From: Alphaproteobacteria bacterium
GTDB taxonomy: Bacteria > Pseudomonadota > Alphaproteobacteria > UBA6615
DNA: 64,000 bases
Direction: 5' to 3'
Assembly (NCBI GenBank): GCA_038117045.1
Contig: JAYOFE010000009.1
Span: 78,086 to 142,085, forward strand
In this document: positions 63,231-64,000 of the stretch, piece after piece
How the letters are laid out: every line of letters starts with the position of its first letter
Numbering within the stretch: position 1 is the stretch's first letter
The notes under the pieces: generated by a model
Databases searched by the model: none
Told to the model about the DNA's origin: nothing
Seen by the model: the letters and a program-made list of their open reading frames with translations, nothing else
Made by a program: the position numbers and the translations under genes

Positions 63231-63408
63231 CATTATTCTTCCAAGAAAAGAACATTACGAGAACAAAGTTCCGCCGCTTTATTCGGCGAGGATTTTGTTT
63301 GCGCCGACGCGAAGCCGGCGCGGAGAAGATTCGGGTTACTTCGGGAACGAAAATAGGGGGCCAACAACACTCGAAAATATCGAGGTTTTTACTGGTTTTG
63401 TCGTTGAC

Positions 63409-63446
63409 GACCCATTTGATCCCATGATATCCCAAAAAATCCCATT
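63409..63446. promoter_or_regulatory. MraZ operator: four TGGGA-type direct repeats at exact 10-bp spacing (read as TCCCA on the plus strand)
   Basis: ACCCATttgaTCCCAtgataTCCCAaaaaaTCCCAtttt lies about 70 bp upstream of mraZ. This matches the known MraZ direct-repeat operator arrangement upstream of dcw clusters. Confidence 0.55.
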
Positions 63447-63514
63447 TTGGCGCGTAGGCCAAGGCAAACGGAGGGGCAATGGCCACCGGGGAGATCCGGT
63501 GGCCTGCGGAGACG

Positions 63515-63991
63515 ATGGCGTTGTTCCTGTCGACCACGATCAACAAGGTCGACCGCAAGGGGCGGGTATCCGTTCCTGCGGCGTTTCGTGCTGCGCTCTC
63601 AGGCCAGGCGTTCCATGGGATCGTCGCCTTCCCGTCCTTCAAGCATCCCGCGGCCCAGTGCGGCGGCATGGACTGGATGGAGAAGCTCGGCGCAGGCGTC
63701 GACGCCTATGACATGTTCTCCGACGAGCACGACACGCTGACGGCCGCCCTCTTCGCCAATGCCCAGCAGCTGGCCTTCGACGGCGAGGGCCGGATCATGC
63801 TCCCCGAGAGCCTGATCGCCCACGCCAACCTGACTGATCGCGCGGCCTTTGTGGGCCGCGGCCCGCAATTTGAAATCTGGAACCCCGAAACCTTCGCCGA
63901 CTACCAGGCTGACGCTGTGCGTCAGGCTGCCGAGAAAAGCCTGACGCTACGCCCGTCAGCCCCGCCCGGTGGCGAGGGAGGTCAGCCGTGA
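63515..63991 (+). CDS. mraZ: division/cell-wall cluster transcriptional regulator MraZ
   Basis: About 158 aa from MALFLSTTINKVDRKGRVSVPAAFR.... Two MraZ/SpoVT-AbrB repeats are present. Confidence 0.9.
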   Translation: MALFLSTTINKVDRKGRVSVPAAFRAALSGQAFHGIVAFPSFKHPAAQCGGMDWMEKLGAGVDAYDMFSDEHDTLTAALFANAQQLAFDGEGRIMLPESLIAHANLTDRAAFVGRGPQFEIWNPETFADYQADAVRQAAEKSLTLRPSAPPGGEGGQP

Positions 63992-64000
63992 TGATGGCGC
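63991..64000 (+). CDS. rsmH: probable start of rsmH (16S rRNA m4C1402 methyltransferase), truncated by the window edge
   Basis: Only ATGATGGCGC is visible, overlapping the mraZ stop. The call is inferred from conserved mraZ-rsmH synteny alone. Confidence 0.25.

Overview
This is a high-GC (~63%) chromosomal segment that looks alphaproteobacterial. The evidence is a permuted two-piece tmRNA with an ...AVAA tag, hflKC-DUF2065-htrA order, mraZ at the start of a dcw cluster, and a type-A RNase P RNA. Most of the window is housekeeping.

From left to right I find:
- a TetR-controlled acyl-CoA dehydrogenase/enoyl-CoA hydratase pair;
- a NupC nucleoside transporter and hmgA;
- three tandem paralogous CocE/NonD (S15) hydrolases, divergent from a soluble double-PAS chemoreceptor;
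- a Hyi-like isomerase with a small secreted protein;
- a bifunctional glutathionylspermidine synthetase/amidase;
- a yeast-Fcy1-type cytosine deaminase, a DUF2189 protein, BenE and tRNA-Lys(CTT);
- a 12-gene minus-strand run: rodA, pbp2, mreDCB, leuA, ilvC, ilvH, ilvI, miaA, DUF1015, htrA, DUF2065, hflC, hflK;
- mrp, a YHS-domain protein, folA and thyA;
- two-piece ssrA directly followed by sspB, then a TfoX-N protein, fumC, an RHH protein and a giant AsmA;
- ggt, then a minus-strand block: MFS efflux pump, a methyltransferase/ATP-grasp fusion, PPK2, a eukaryote-type fused 5-oxoprolinase/hydantoinase and a PEBP;
- djlA, an ABC-F ATPase, ampD, rnpB, and an MraZ operator array with mraZ.

I found no CRISPR array, integrase, transposase, phage block or recognisable defence island. 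The most unusual candidate systems are:
- the hmgA / triplicated CocE-NonD / soluble dual-PAS MCP neighbourhood, including two strong plus-strand intrinsic terminators in its intergenic region that suggest an unannotated sRNA;
- the ggt ... MFS / methyltransferase-ATP-grasp / PPK2 / fused oxoprolinase block, a possible polyphosphate-powered small-molecule module;
- structured RNA-like elements upstream of leuA and of the YHS gene;
- the ssrA-sspB adjacency with a divergent tag sequence.

All calls rest on reading the translations and sequence by eye. No database searches were run.
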